Below the pieces are notes generated by a model, which was not told where the DNA came from, did no database searches, and worked only from the letters and a program-made list of their open reading frames with translations. From an archaeon (GTDB lineage Archaea; Nanobdellota; Nanobdellia; SCGC-AAA011-G17; GW2011-AR17), in contig JABHLH010000016.1 in NCBI GenBank assembly GCA_018692925.1, positions 19,462 through 83,461 on the forward strand: a stretch of DNA of 64,000 nucleotides, read 5' to 3'. Shown here one piece after another: positions 31,560-40,018 of this stretch. Positions within the stretch are counted from its first letter, which is position 1. The number at the start of each line of letters is the position of its first letter. Made by a program: the position numbers and the translations under genes.

Positions 31560-33101
31560 TTACTTATTTTCAACTTTAATTTCATCATTATCAAGAACAT
31601 CAATCTCAGAAGTCATTTTTTCCAACCTATAGTAGATATTCTTCAAATCAGGCCTAAACAAAGACTTAGCACTTTGATCCATATAAGGCAATTTATCTAA
31701 AAGAACTTTCATCATTTTATCACTATAATATAATTCTTTCATTACAGCTCTCAAGATATTAAATTTAGTTCTTTTCTTAAACTTAAAGAAAACATTCAAA
31801 GTATCTTTAATATCTAAAACTAAACTCTTTTCTTTTATCCAAGGAGATTTATCTAAAAGATATCTATCATTCCAAGAAGAGTCAACTAAATTCCATTCTT
31901 TCATTTTTTTAGGATGGCTATACTCTCCACTTTCAACTAGCTCATCATACATTGAACCACCTGGATAAGGCCTATAAATACTTGGACCATGTAAATATAA
32001 ATTTGGATTAATTTTATACAATTCTAAAATAAATCTAAAAGTTCTCAACATATCATCTCTATTCTCTCCAGGCATTCCAATAATAAAACTAGTTCTTGGA
32101 ACAATTCCTGCTTCACCACAATCTTTTACAGCTCTCATAACACTTTCTAACTTCAAACCTTTCCTCATTTTCTTCAACATTCTATCAGAACCAGATTCAA
32201 CACCAAAAAGAATAGCTGTACCACCTAACTCTCTCATTCTTTTCAAAACATCAACTGTCAAATAATCATCATTAATATAATCAGCTCTACATTGTGAGTT
32301 CCAAGTAAATTTCAAACCCCTTCTCTCAATCTCGTCTAAAAATCTAAAGAACCTATCTTTCTTCACAAAAAACAATTCATCAATCAAATAAATATCATCA
32401 ACTTCATGCTCATTAATTAACCATTCAATTTCATCTAAAACATGATCAATATCTCTACCTTGCCATTTTCTTTGCATTGCAGAATTAATACAGAAAGTAC
32501 ATGAAAAAGGACATCCATTCCCAGAGAATACAATTCCAGTTTTAACTCTCACACCTTTTCTAAAAGGCAAACTTCTTTCAATAGGATGAAATTTATTTAT
32601 CAATTCATAATTCATTCTTGGTAACTTAGAAAGATCCATCAAACTTCTTTTATCATTAAATATTAACTCATCATTTTCTTTATACCCTAAACCTTTAATT
32701 TCACTTAATTTTTTATCTCCTCTCATTGCATGAATTAATTCTTCACAAAGTTCTTCACCATCTCCAAAACAGATATAATCAATCAACTCATGTTTCAAAG
32801 TTTGAATAGGGAATAAGATTGCATGATAACCACCAAAAATAACTTTAATCTTCGGAAATTTATCTTTAACATATTTAGCTAATTTAAGAGCTTCAGGAAT
32901 TTGTGTACTCATTGCAGAGATTCCAACATACAAAGTTTCTTCAGTAACAAAATTATCAACTGCTTCTAGATCTTTAGAACTGAAAATTAAATTAACATTA
33001 TACTCTTTAGCATCTAAGTAACTTCCAATTGAAAGCAATCCACAATTAAACTCTTCTGTTGACCCACTATGAGATGGATCTATGAATACCACATTTTCCA
33101 T
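31560..33101 (-). CDS. B12-binding (class B) radical SAM enzyme
   Basis: An N-terminal B12-binding domain is followed by a GCPFSCTFC cluster motif. Confidence 0.85.
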   Translation of the reverse strand: MENVVFIDPSHSGSTEEFNCGLLSIGSYLDAKEYNVNLIFSSKDLEAVDNFVTEETLYVGISAMSTQIPEALKLAKYVKDKFPKIKVIFGGYHAILFPIQTLKHELIDYICFGDGEELCEELIHAMRGDKKLSEIKGLGYKENDELIFNDKRSLMDLSKLPRMNYELINKFHPIERSLPFRKGVRVKTGIVFSGNGCPFSCTFCINSAMQRKWQGRDIDHVLDEIEWLINEHEVDDIYLIDELFFVKKDRFFRFLDEIERRGLKFTWNSQCRADYINDDYLTVDVLKRMRELGGTAILFGVESGSDRMLKKMRKGLKLESVMRAVKDCGEAGIVPRTSFIIGMPGENRDDMLRTFRFILELYKINPNLYLHGPSIYRPYPGGSMYDELVESGEYSHPKKMKEWNLVDSSWNDRYLLDKSPWIKEKSLVLDIKDTLNVFFKFKKRTKFNILRAVMKELYYSDKMMKVLLDKLPYMDQSAKSLFRPDLKNIYYRLEKMTSEIDVLDNDEIKVENK

Positions 33102-33189
33102 TTCCCATCTTTATTATGCCAAATTTAAATAATTATCGGTGCATTAATCTACTAAATCTTCAGAAACTTTATAAATCGTACAAAAAGGG

Positions 33190-33591
33190 ATGATAAATAT
33201 GATTGCGGAGGGAAAAGTTCTAGTTATAGACTTAGATGGTGTACTATGTAAAATAAAAAGTTCTGAACAAGAATACTCAGACTTAGAACCCATTCCAGAA
33301 GTAATTGAAAGGATCAAACTTTACAAAAAAGAAGGATTCCATATAATTATCAACACTAGTAGAAACATGCGAACTTACAAAGGTAATCTTGGAAAAATAA
33401 ATGCTAATACTCTAAAAACTATTTTCCAGTGGTTAGATCACCATAATATTCCTTATGATGAAATTCACATTGGTAAACCTTGGTGTGGTAAAGAAGGATT
33501 TTACATTGATGACAAAGCAATCAGACCTTCAGAATTTTTAAACAAGAGTTATGACGAGATAAAAGAAATTTTAGATGGAGAGAAATTATGA
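33190..33591 (+). CDS. HAD-superfamily phosphatase, small capless GmhB/PNK-phosphatase-like
   Basis: Motif I is VIDLDGVLC, motif II is NTSR, and the Lys motif is GKP. Its stop overlaps the start of the next gene (ATGA). Confidence 0.6.
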   Translation: MINMIAEGKVLVIDLDGVLCKIKSSEQEYSDLEPIPEVIERIKLYKKEGFHIIINTSRNMRTYKGNLGKINANTLKTIFQWLDHHNIPYDEIHIGKPWCGKEGFYIDDKAIRPSEFLNKSYDEIKEILDGEKL

Positions 33592-35972
33592 AAAATTTAA
33601 TTTTAATTCCGACAGCTCTAAATGTTGACAAAGAGATGCATTTAGACATTGGAGAAATTCCACCTGTTCTTGTACCAATCAGTGGAAAACCATTATTAGA
33701 TTATATTATTGAAGCTTACAACAAATTCCCTGGAGAAAAAACTTATTGCCTTCTTGTTAATGAAAACAAAGATAGAGTTAAAAAAATAATTGAAAGGAAA
33801 AAATACAAAGAGAACATAAAATTAATTGAAATTGACAATCTTAGAAGTTTAGGTTGGACTATTTTCGAAGGTTTAAGCAAAATTAATCTTTCAGAATACG
33901 ACAATTTAATTGTTAACTTTGGAGACACTCTTGTCGATGAGAGTTTTGAAACAAACAAAGATTTAGTTCTTTATGATGACTTACCTGAAACTTACAGATG
34001 GACAACTTTTGAAACTGAAAACAACAAAATAATTCAAATCAAAGATAAAATAAATACAAACGAACACAAAATCCATCATGTATTTGTAGGAATATTCCAA
34101 ATAAAAAACCCCCAATTATACTTCCAAAAAATTGAAGAAGATCCTGACAAAGGTTTTTACTCAACTTTAATGTCTTACTTAAATTCAACAAATGAATATG
34201 AAATACTAAAAACAAACAAGTGGTACGACATAGGCCACATTGACAATTATTTCCAAACAAAAAAAGATTTCATCAATTTAAGATACTTCAACACAATAAA
34301 AATTCACGACAAAAAAGGAATTTTAGAAAAAACTAGTAAACATGAAAAATTCATTGGAGAAATAAAATGGTACTTACAAATCCCTCAAGAGCTTCAATCT
34401 TACCTACCAAAAATATTTGACTATTCAATAAATCCTGACAACCCTTTCATAAAAATGGAATATTATGGTTATCCTAACCTTGGAGAAATTTACACTTTTG
34501 GGAACTACAACTTAGGAATTTGGAGCCACATTTTTGATTCAATATTATACATTCTCGACGAGATGTCAAGATACAAACTAACAATCTCTGAAGAAGAAGC
34601 TAGAAAAGCTAGAGAAGAAATATTTGTAGACAAAACAATCCAAGCTTTAGAATTAATGTCAACAAAAGAAGAATTCAAACCTTTATTTGAAAACAAAATA
34701 ACAATCAATGGACAACAATATGAATCCTTAAATTTTTACAAAAACAAAATAAAAGAACTTTGTGAAGAACACTTACTAAATGCACCAAACGAATTCAATT
34801 TAATCCATGGTGACCTTTGTACATCAAACATTCTTTATGATCCAAAAAGTAAAATTACAAAACTAATTGACCCAAGAGGAAAATTTGGCCAACACACAAC
34901 TTATGGAGATTTCAGATACGACTTAGGAAAACTAACTCACAGTTTTAATGGAAAATATGAATTTATTATTAATGACTTATTCAACTTAGAAATTTCAAAC
35001 AACAATATAACTTATGAAATGTTTACTAACGACAAACATGAGAAAATTACAACCCTTTTCAAAAAAAGAATTGAAGAAAAATATCCAACTAATAAAGAAC
35101 AAATCCAATTAATTGAAGCTTTACAATATTTAAGTATGGTTCGAATGCATTTCCCAAAAACAGAAAGACAATTTGCAATGTTAACTACAGGAATTCAATT
35201 ACTAGATCCACTAATTGAAAAAGAAAACAAAATGAACATTATTTTACCAATGGCTGGGCTTGGTTCAAGATTCACAAAAGTAGGAATAACAACTCCTAAA
35301 CCTTTAATCAAAGTAAGAGGAAAACAATTAATCAAATGGGCTTTAGATTCCATCCCTCAAAATACAGAGCACAATTTAATTTTCATAGTTAGACAAGAAC
35401 ACATTAACGAATTCAAAATAGACCAAAAACTAAAAGAGTTATTTTCAGAAAACATAACAATCATACCAATTAATCATACAACAGAAGGAGCTGCTTGTAC
35501 AGTTTTACTTGCAAAGAAACACATAAACAACAACAATCCTTTAATTATCCTAGACTGCGACATTCACTTAAAAGTTCCAAAATATTTCGAATTATTAAAA
35601 GATAAAAATATCAAAGGAATTATTCCAGTTTTCAGAGGAGAAGGTGACAAATGGAGCTTTTCAAAAACAGATGAAAATATGAGAATTCAGGAAGTAGCAG
35701 AAAAAAATAGAATCTCAGAGTTTTGTAACATGGGAATGTATTTCTTCCAACATGGAAAAGATTTTGTTTGGGCAGCTGAAGACATGATAAATAAAAATAT
35801 AAGATTCAACAACGAATTTTATATCTCTCCAGTTTTTCAACAACTAATTGATAGAGGAGACCAAATCAAAGCAGCTTTATGTACAGAAGCTTGGGGACTT
35901 GGAACACCAGAAGATGTAAAACTTTTTGAAGAAATTTATCCTAAAGAAACTACTCAGTATACTCTGCTCTAA
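33588..35972 (+). CDS. Tri-domain enzyme: nucleotidyltransferase, then APH/choline-kinase-like kinase, then nucleotidyltransferase
   Basis: The N-terminus has LVPISGKPLLDYII and FGDTLVD, like a sugar/alcohol-phosphate NTP-transferase. The middle has LIHGDLCTSNILYD and GDFRYDLGKL, an APH/ChoK catalytic loop and DFG-equivalent. The C-terminus has ILPMAGLGSRF...KPLIKVRGKQLIKWALD, a second LicC/GlmU-like nucleotidyltransferase. Confidence 0.75.
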   Translation: MKNLILIPTALNVDKEMHLDIGEIPPVLVPISGKPLLDYIIEAYNKFPGEKTYCLLVNENKDRVKKIIERKKYKENIKLIEIDNLRSLGWTIFEGLSKINLSEYDNLIVNFGDTLVDESFETNKDLVLYDDLPETYRWTTFETENNKIIQIKDKINTNEHKIHHVFVGIFQIKNPQLYFQKIEEDPDKGFYSTLMSYLNSTNEYEILKTNKWYDIGHIDNYFQTKKDFINLRYFNTIKIHDKKGILEKTSKHEKFIGEIKWYLQIPQELQSYLPKIFDYSINPDNPFIKMEYYGYPNLGEIYTFGNYNLGIWSHIFDSILYILDEMSRYKLTISEEEARKAREEIFVDKTIQALELMSTKEEFKPLFENKITINGQQYESLNFYKNKIKELCEEHLLNAPNEFNLIHGDLCTSNILYDPKSKITKLIDPRGKFGQHTTYGDFRYDLGKLTHSFNGKYEFIINDLFNLEISNNNITYEMFTNDKHEKITTLFKKRIEEKYPTNKEQIQLIEALQYLSMVRMHFPKTERQFAMLTTGIQLLDPLIEKENKMNIILPMAGLGSRFTKVGITTPKPLIKVRGKQLIKWALDSIPQNTEHNLIFIVRQEHINEFKIDQKLKELFSENITIIPINHTTEGAACTVLLAKKHINNNNPLIILDCDIHLKVPKYFELLKDKNIKGIIPVFRGEGDKWSFSKTDENMRIQEVAEKNRISEFCNMGMYFFQHGKDFVWAAEDMINKNIRFNNEFYISPVFQQLIDRGDQIKAALCTEAWGLGTPEDVKLFEEIYPKETTQYTLL

Positions 35973-37407
35973 AAATTAATCTTGGGTTTTTCTTAATAAT
36001 CTTAATAACATCCTTTGCAGCTTTCTTAATACCATATCCTTTTGCATGATGATAAAGAACTTTAGCCTTATGTGTATATTCTTTCAAAAATAATTTAGGA
36101 TTAGTTCTTCTATAAGCACAATAAGCTTTATTAATTTCTTCTTCAGCTTCTCTTTTCACAACTAAAAGTTCATCATCAGACATATCAGAAAGATTAATTA
36201 AAATTTCATAAGTACCAGTTAGATTTCTTAAATATTCAACTTCATCAGTAATTCTACCATCTTCCACACACATTCTATAAAACTCAGAACCTGGCAATGG
36301 AGTACTAATAAAAAATTGTGTTACAGGTTGCACATGCAATCTTTTACAAAAATTAATTGTTTCTCTTACAGTTTCTCTAGTTTCTTTAGGGTTTCCAATC
36401 ATCATAAGAACTCCAGGAATCAAACCAGCTTTAACTGTCAATCTCAAAGCTCTCTCATTTAATTCTACAGTAGATTCTTTATTGATACTATCCAAAATAG
36501 TTTGGCTTCCAGATTCAATACCATAAGCAACATAATAACATCCTGAAGCTTTCATAGCTTTCAGAACTTCAAAATCAACATGATTAACTCTACCATTACA
36601 TTTCCATCTTATTTTCAAAGGCTTAATTTTTTCACAAAGCTCTAACATCCTTTTCCTAGACATCATAACTAACTCATCTTCAAAATCAATAACTTCAACT
36701 TTATACTTATCTTTCAAAATTTTAATTTCTTCAATAACGTTATCCACTGACCTCATATTTACAACTGGAAAATTCTTTGAACAAAAATGACAATTGAACG
36801 GACAACCTCTTGTAGTAATCACACACATTCTTCTTGAACTGTTTGCAATACCTAACCTTGTTGCACCAATATATTTTTCAACATCAAATAAATCCCAAGC
36901 TGGGAAAGGCACTTCATCAATTTTATGTATTTCAGAAATAGATTTAGTAACAAAAACTTTTCCATCTTTCAAATAAGCCATAGATTCAACTTCAGAAGGA
37001 TCTTCTAAATTTTCTAAGAGTTTAGGCATAACATATTCTCCCCAACCTAAAACACAAAAATCAACATCCATTGTTTCTAAAACTTGTTTATAATTATATT
37101 TTGCTAATGCTCCCCCAATTAAAATTTTTCTTTCAGGATGCATCCCTTTAACTTCTTTAATAAACCACTCCATATACTTAAAATGTGGAGACATTGCAGT
37201 AATCCCCATAATATCATATTCAATATCTTTTAGTTTTGAAAGTGTTTCTTCTTTAGAATAATGATTAACCCAAGCATCAAAAATTTCAACTTCATGACCC
37301 TTTTCTTTTAGAACAGCAGCTACATAAGCTAAGCCCAAAGGAAATCTTTGCGCCTCCCTGTCCTTATCCCCATGAAAATTTGGAGGTTGTACCAAAAGAA
37401 CCTTCAT
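35950..37407 (-). CDS. B12-binding (class B) radical SAM enzyme
   Basis: An N-terminal B12-binding domain (MKVLLVQPPNF...) is followed by a GCPFNCHFC cluster motif. Confidence 0.85.
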   Translation of the reverse strand: MKVLLVQPPNFHGDKDREAQRFPLGLAYVAAVLKEKGHEVEIFDAWVNHYSKEETLSKLKDIEYDIMGITAMSPHFKYMEWFIKEVKGMHPERKILIGGALAKYNYKQVLETMDVDFCVLGWGEYVMPKLLENLEDPSEVESMAYLKDGKVFVTKSISEIHKIDEVPFPAWDLFDVEKYIGATRLGIANSSRRMCVITTRGCPFNCHFCSKNFPVVNMRSVDNVIEEIKILKDKYKVEVIDFEDELVMMSRKRMLELCEKIKPLKIRWKCNGRVNHVDFEVLKAMKASGCYYVAYGIESGSQTILDSINKESTVELNERALRLTVKAGLIPGVLMMIGNPKETRETVRETINFCKRLHVQPVTQFFISTPLPGSEFYRMCVEDGRITDEVEYLRNLTGTYEILINLSDMSDDELLVVKREAEEEINKAYCAYRRTNPKLFLKEYTHKAKVLYHHAKGYGIKKAAKDVIKIIKKNPRLIFRAEYTE

Positions 37408-37520
37408 ATCTCAAAGTCTAGAATTCAAACATTTAAAAAGATTATGATAGTGGATTGGCCTAAATTTGAACCCAATGTTAATTCATTAAATTTATAAAAT
37501 AAAAATAAAAAAAGAAAAAT

Positions 37521-37859
37521 ATGAAATTTCCAAAATTATGCATATTATCAGGATTTGCTTATGAAGAAGGTAAAAAGATTAATCTCCCTTGGGCAATAGA
37601 CTCTGAAACTACTTTTTTAAGACAATCTGGATTATATGAAAAATTATTAGAAATTGAAAATATTGGAGGAATAGATTCTGATTTTGATTATCGTGGTCCT
37701 GTAAAATTAATCCCTGGAAAAATCGAAGGTAAAAAGCATTATTTTTTAAGAGTTCCTTTAGAAGCATTTCAAGAAGGTTGGGGAGTTCAAATTTCAGAAA
37801 CTTATAGAGAACACCTTATTGAAGAGAACTTAGAAAGTATTACACATAGATTTTCTTAA
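37521..37859 (+). CDS. Hypothetical protein
   Basis: 112-aa ORF. No motif recognised. Confidence 0.35.
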   Translation: MKFPKLCILSGFAYEEGKKINLPWAIDSETTFLRQSGLYEKLLEIENIGGIDSDFDYRGPVKLIPGKIEGKKHYFLRVPLEAFQEGWGVQISETYREHLIEENLESITHRFS

Positions 37860-37897
37860 ACAAAACTCTTATAAAACAAAAGAAAATTACCAAAATT

Positions 37898-38152
37898 ATG
37901 ACAAACACAACTATAGATCAAAAAGTACTATCTGAAGATATAAAAAAAATAAAAACAGATCTTGCTTTGAGTGCACTAGGTGCAACTGTAACAGGAATGA
38001 TTTTAGGACTTGCAGCACATGCACAAGTGAATGATAATACAATATTAGCAATTTCAATGCTAGGAGTTTCTTGTGCACCAGGAGTAGTATCAACTTACCA
38101 ACCACTACAAAGAGTATACAACACTCTAAACAAGTATATATCTGAAGAATAA
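37898..38152 (+). CDS. Hypothetical small membrane protein
   Basis: 84 aa with one hydrophobic segment (ALGATVTGMILGLAA). I chose it over the antisense 37911..38159 ORF because of its co-orientation with neighbours and its less degenerate composition. Confidence 0.3.
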   Translation: MTNTTIDQKVLSEDIKKIKTDLALSALGATVTGMILGLAAHAQVNDNTILAISMLGVSCAPGVVSTYQPLQRVYNTLNKYISEE

Positions 38153-38194
38153 AATACATTAAACTTATTAATGCTCATTTAATTTTCTTTTACA

Positions 38195-39418
38195 ATGAAA
38201 ATAGGAATTGCAATAAGCCTTTATGATAAATTTGACGAACTTGCTATTCTAATTGATATTATCAAAAAAAATTGGAAAGGAGATTACATTATTTCAGTTT
38301 GCAGTAACCATGAAAATCCAGAACCATTCTTAAAAGATTTAGACATTGATATTTTCACAAAAGGTGACGATATAATTGTTACAAAAGATATGCCTTGGAT
38401 GAGAAATAGTATCAACATGAGATCCAGAGTTTCTGATTGTATAAAAAAATCTTGTACTGCTGCAATAAATTCTGGAGCAGATTATGTAATGCACTTACAC
38501 ACAGATGCTTGGCCATTAAAAGAAAAAGAGATTCTTAAAATAATTGAACATATGAAAGAAAACAAAAAAACATTTGCTTTCAGAGGTTTAGGTTTCTCAA
38601 AATACAGACATGATTGCCCAGTTGGACACTTAGATGACATGTTCTTCATTTTCGAATCAAAGACTGCAAAGAAAAACAGATACTTTGATTTTAACACATT
38701 ATCCTTACTACCTCACAAACTTTCAATTCATGGTGTATTATCTTTAATTGTTTTAGGTAGAATAGGTTTAGAAAATGCTTACCATTATGATAACTTAAAA
38801 AATAATTATTTCTGGGACGGGAAAAAACATCCAGGTGACATTGAAAGAGTAAGGCCTTCTATTTATGAGCCAAACTTAGGATTGCTACACATTGACACAC
38901 CTACTTTCCCAAAAAATTATGGTAAAGCTGTTCAAGCAATGTACTTATACGAAAATAAATTAACAAAAGGTAAAACAATTAAAAAATTCCTTGAAAAAAA
39001 TCTAATGGACAAACAAAAGTTAATCAGAGCTTTAGATATTTATGAAAGGAAGTTAGATGATAGTTTAAGATTAAGAGGATTTCCAATTTTAAACTTCGGA
39101 AGATTTGGTAGAACTTTTACAAAGAAAGAAAAATATTTGAATGCGCCTTTCAAGAAAAAATTAAATTACTGGTTTGGTACAATGTCTAGAGAAATTTGGG
39201 ACAGAACAATTAAGAAAAAAATTGGAGTTGATTTAATTCCAGATTATTCTTTCTGGCCTGAAGATTTAGAAGTAATTTTAGCAAAAGCAACATTTGCAGA
39301 AGATTATCCTGATTCCTCTTTATTATGGTTCAAAGACAAGAAAAAGAACAAATTAAGAATAAAATCCTTACCAAAATTCTACAAAAAATTCTATAAATAC
39401 AACTATAAGGGAATGTAA
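38195..39418 (+). CDS. Hypothetical protein, possibly a glycan-modifying enzyme
   Basis: 407 aa and soluble. Conserved-looking His/Asp clusters (HLHTDAWP, HLDDMFF) are present. No family recognised. Confidence 0.4.
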   Translation: MKIGIAISLYDKFDELAILIDIIKKNWKGDYIISVCSNHENPEPFLKDLDIDIFTKGDDIIVTKDMPWMRNSINMRSRVSDCIKKSCTAAINSGADYVMHLHTDAWPLKEKEILKIIEHMKENKKTFAFRGLGFSKYRHDCPVGHLDDMFFIFESKTAKKNRYFDFNTLSLLPHKLSIHGVLSLIVLGRIGLENAYHYDNLKNNYFWDGKKHPGDIERVRPSIYEPNLGLLHIDTPTFPKNYGKAVQAMYLYENKLTKGKTIKKFLEKNLMDKQKLIRALDIYERKLDDSLRLRGFPILNFGRFGRTFTKKEKYLNAPFKKKLNYWFGTMSREIWDRTIKKKIGVDLIPDYSFWPEDLEVILAKATFAEDYPDSSLLWFKDKKKNKLRIKSLPKFYKKFYKYNYKGM

Positions 39419-39458
39419 AACAAAAGATTTAAATACTATAGCCACCTATATAGTCACT

Positions 39459-39680
39459 ATGGCAACAACTACTATTCAAATTAGTCACGAATTACTTACT
39501 AAATTAAAAGAAAGAAAACTTTATGACAAAGAATCTTATGAAGAGGTTATTTGGGATGCACTTGAAGATTCAATGACTTTATCAGAAGAAACTAAAAAAA
39601 GAATCAAACTTGCAGAAGCTGATATAAAAGCTGGAAGAATTTATTCTCTTGAAGAAGTAAAAAAGGAGCTTAATCTCTAA
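39459..39680 (+). CDS. Type II antitoxin, partner of the following RelE-like toxin
   Basis: 73 aa, acidic and helical. It overlaps the toxin gene by 1 nt (TAATG). Confidence 0.55.
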   Translation: MATTTIQISHELLTKLKERKLYDKESYEEVIWDALEDSMTLSEETKKRIKLAEADIKAGRIYSLEEVKKELNL

Positions 39681-39928
39681 TGTTTAACATCTTTTTTACT
39701 AATGAAGCCAAGAAATTTCTTAAAAAACTCAATAAAGAAGACAAAACTAGAATTATCTCCGCTTTAGAAAGATCAAGAGTTAGACCTCATGCTCATGTAA
39801 AAAAATTAATTTCTTCTCCTTACTTTCGACTAAGAATTGGAAAATATAGGGCTATTCTTGATATTAACAATGGTAAATTAACAATAATTGTAATTGAAAT
39901 TGGACATAGAAAAAAGATATATAAATAA
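39680..39928 (+). CDS. RelE/ParE-family type II toxin
   Basis: 82 aa. The C-terminus (YRAILDINNGKLTIIVIEIGHRKKIY) matches the RelE/ParE consensus (YRIIY.I....V.IL.IGHRK..Y). Confidence 0.7.
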   Translation: MFNIFFTNEAKKFLKKLNKEDKTRIISALERSRVRPHAHVKKLISSPYFRLRIGKYRAILDINNGKLTIIVIEIGHRKKIYK

Positions 39929-40018
39929 AATCCCAGGGTAGATTTCACCAAAAATATCTCCTAAATAACATACAACAACTACATAAAACTTAAAAAGCAA
40001 ATAGAATAGAATTCTCTC

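Noticed and set aside
33743-36976. Small ORFs 33743..33958(-), 34039..34260(-), 34505..34708(-) and 36794..36976(+)
   Set aside because: They are all embedded antisense in the tri-domain enzyme or the radical SAM gene.
37911-38159. 82-aa minus-strand ORF overlapping 37898..38152(+)
   Set aside because: It has a Leu-rich degenerate composition typical of antisense frames. Neighbouring genes are on the plus strand. The plus ORF is kept at low confidence.
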